Shown here in pieces: positions 62,178 through 64,000 of a DNA stretch of 64,000 nt. The position numbers and the translations under genes are program-made. The number at the start of each line of letters is the position of its first letter. Positions within the stretch are counted from its first letter, which is position 1. A model generated the notes under the pieces. That model saw only the letters and a program-made list of their open reading frames with translations, made no database searches and was not told where the DNA came from. Origin of the DNA: Candidatus Omnitrophota bacterium (lineage in GTDB: Bacteria; Omnitrophota; Gorgyraeia; JAFGHF01); contig CP070837.1 in NCBI GenBank assembly GCA_020341815.1, positions 8,034-72,033 of the forward strand. The letters are read 5' to 3'.

Positions 62178-63309
62178 TGAAATCCTTAATCTTGCTCTCC
62201 GGATAATAATAATTCAGAATCTGTTCGCTGTTGAAACCTTCCCTGGCCATAAAGAAGCTCCCCCACTGGCACATCCCTACGCCGTGACCCCAGCCGTAAC
62301 CTTCAAAATAGGCCTGTCTTTTTTTAATCTCTACCGTAAAGTTTGTGCTTTTGATAATGTTGGGCCCTACGGCTAAACGAAAGCGGTTGCCGCCGACTTT
62401 GATTTTGCCGCGCGTGGAAGTTATCTCAAGCTCGGTAATTCGGCTGGAGATATCTTTATCTACAATCTCCATGGACTTAATCAAGCCTACCTTAAATCCC
62501 GCTTTCTCCAGGGCCTCCTCCATATCCTGCAGGGAAACCTTTTTTTTCCAGTGAAAATGCGGCGAGCGCCGGCAGAACTGACACTCCCTTCCCTTCAAAG
62601 GGGTTAAATTAATATTCCAGAGCTTACCGGCCTCCTCCGTATATCCGGCGCAGGTGGCATGATAAAAGCTGGAGAAAAGTTTATTACTATAAGTCAAAAC
62701 CTTATTTTTGGTGTATTTGACTGCCCTTGAGGTCCTGCCTCTCTCCGAGGTCCTTCCGCCATAGACCTGGGAATAGATAGTCGAGACAAGGTCGTAGTCC
62801 TGTTTTGCATTAACCTTGGCCTGATGCAAGGCAAAGGTGCGCGAGACAATCGCCTGGGCCTTAAGGGCCTCCATCGGCCACCAGGGGGCTACCTCATGGT
62901 AAAGCACGCCACGAATATATTCTTCCACATCCAGGTGATTGACTACCAGAAGTTTATTATTGCTCTGGCGGATGATATCGATTGCCCCTCTGAATCTGCG
63001 GTTGTTGAGATAAATTGAAGGACTCTTATCGGGTTGAATCCTTACGCCGTAAATCTTGAAATTCTGCTCTCCAATATTAATCCCTCCCTCGGCAAGCGAA
63101 ACCTTCGTATGCCAGAGGCGCTTGCCCTTATAAAGCTCTTCGTTTGTGTTTAAGGCCAGGACACGATAGGCAGAGCGAACGGAAAGGTCGGCTTCGGCAG
63201 CATCCTTGATTACGGCTACGCGCACCAGATGCGACTCAGCCCGGCTTATCGAAGGGAAAAAAGCTAAAGAAAAAAATAATATTAAAGCAATTTTTAGATA
63301 TCTCATCAT
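62155..63309 (-). CDS. SpoIID/LytB-domain protein
   Basis: EEYIRGV..E...EALKAQAIVSRTFA, QVYGG, GWGHGVGMCQWG. Confidence 0.92.
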   Translation of the reverse strand: MMRYLKIALILFFSLAFFPSISRAESHLVRVAVIKDAAEADLSVRSAYRVLALNTNEELYKGKRLWHTKVSLAEGGINIGEQNFKIYGVRIQPDKSPSIYLNNRRFRGAIDIIRQSNNKLLVVNHLDVEEYIRGVLYHEVAPWWPMEALKAQAIVSRTFALHQAKVNAKQDYDLVSTIYSQVYGGRTSERGRTSRAVKYTKNKVLTYSNKLFSSFYHATCAGYTEEAGKLWNINLTPLKGRECQFCRRSPHFHWKKKVSLQDMEEALEKAGFKVGLIKSMEIVDKDISSRITELEITSTRGKIKVGGNRFRLAVGPNIIKSTNFTVEIKKRQAYFEGYGWGHGVGMCQWGSFFMAREGFNSEQILNYYYPESKIKDFSADYETF

Positions 63310-63380
63310 ATAAAAATAAAACCTAGCGCAATAAGAACTAGGCCTATGAAAATCAACACCCTGCCTAGATTAGCCGGCAT
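63306..63380 (-). pseudogene. 24-aa remnant resembling the N-terminal helix of DUF2905
   Basis: MPANLGRVLIFIGLVLIALGFIFI* between ruvB and spoIID. Confidence 0.5.
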
Positions 63381-63389
63381 ATCTCTTAT

Positions 63390-64000
63390 TTAAAACAATT
63401 CCTTCCGGCCCTTATTCAGGTGGCTGTGCCCCAGCTCGGTTACTTCTCTGCCGCGGGAGGTGCGCTTGATGTAGCCGATTTTCAGGAGAAACGGCTCCAC
63501 TATATCTACAATGGTATCGCTTTCCTCATTCAGGGTGGCAGCCAATGACTCGATACCTACAGGCCCGCCATTATAATAATCGATGATTACCTTAAGCACC
63601 CTGCGGTCTATATTGTCCAGGCCGACTCCGTCCACCCCCTGGGCATCAAGGGCTGCGCAGGCAACTTCTTTACTCAAATGCCCTCCGGCCTTCACCTGGG
63701 CATAGTCCCTCGCCCGGCGCAAAAGACGATTGGCTACGCGAGGCGTGCCCCGGGAGCGCCGGGCAATCTCATAGGCGCCTTCTTCATCCAGAGAAATATT
63801 CAAAATCTTCGCCGAGCGCCTGAGTATCTCTATAATCTCTTCGCAATTATAGAAATCGAAATGGAAAAATATCCCGAACCGGCTGCGCAAAGGCGCTGTA
63901 AGCAGTCCGGCGCGCGTGGTTGCCCCTATCAGGGTAAAGCGCTTGAGATTAAATTTAATCGTCTTGGCATAAGGGCCCTTATCGATTACAAAATCTATCT
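63390..64000 (-). CDS. ruvB: Holliday junction helicase RuvB (5' partial)
   Basis: FTLIGATTRAGLLTAPLRSRFG, SRGTPRVANRLLRR, GGPVG, EPFL..RTSRGR. Confidence 0.96.
   Translation of the reverse strand, partial: IDFVIDKGPYAKTIKFNLKRFTLIGATTRAGLLTAPLRSRFGIFFHFDFYNCEEIIEILRRSAKILNISLDEEGAYEIARRSRGTPRVANRLLRRARDYAQVKAGGHLSKEVACAALDAQGVDGVGLDNIDRRVLKVIIDYYNGGPVGIESLAATLNEESDTIVDIVEPFLLKIGYIKRTSRGREVTELGHSHLNKGRKELF

Overview
Bacterial chromosomal segment, mostly minus-strand genes. The gene set and an N-terminal domain/GGIDL-type protein suggest Candidatus Omnitrophota (inference). Housekeeping blocks: ruvB-spoIID-queA-tgt-yajC-secDF-recJ; rpmB; dnaG-rpoD; rnpB; an arnT-like operon; rpsO-pnp-ftsK-rodZ-rimO-queE-Fe-S hydro-lyase-rph-rdgB. 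Five tRNA genes are visible, including tRNA-Arg(UCU) split by a 203-nt group I intron at position 34/35. The 3' end of that tRNA is the integration site of two tandem elements (12335-26036). One carries a large serine recombinase and defence-like cargo. The other is a degenerate copy carrying a mosaic 967-aa protein (conserved N-domain + phosphoglycerate mutase cargo). The window is also rich in small repeats: (i) a four-helix-bundle gene cassette flanked by inverted heptamer arrays, with two 'empty' deletion derivatives; (ii) a ~103-bp MITE-like family with shuffled arms, sitting in RNase P RNA, at the tRNA-Pro 5' end and between convergent genes; (iii) a related element inserted twice into ATGAA start codons, supplying a new RBS and GTG start; (iv) 9-mer inverted arrays. 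All calls are by eye from the sequence; no database searches were run.
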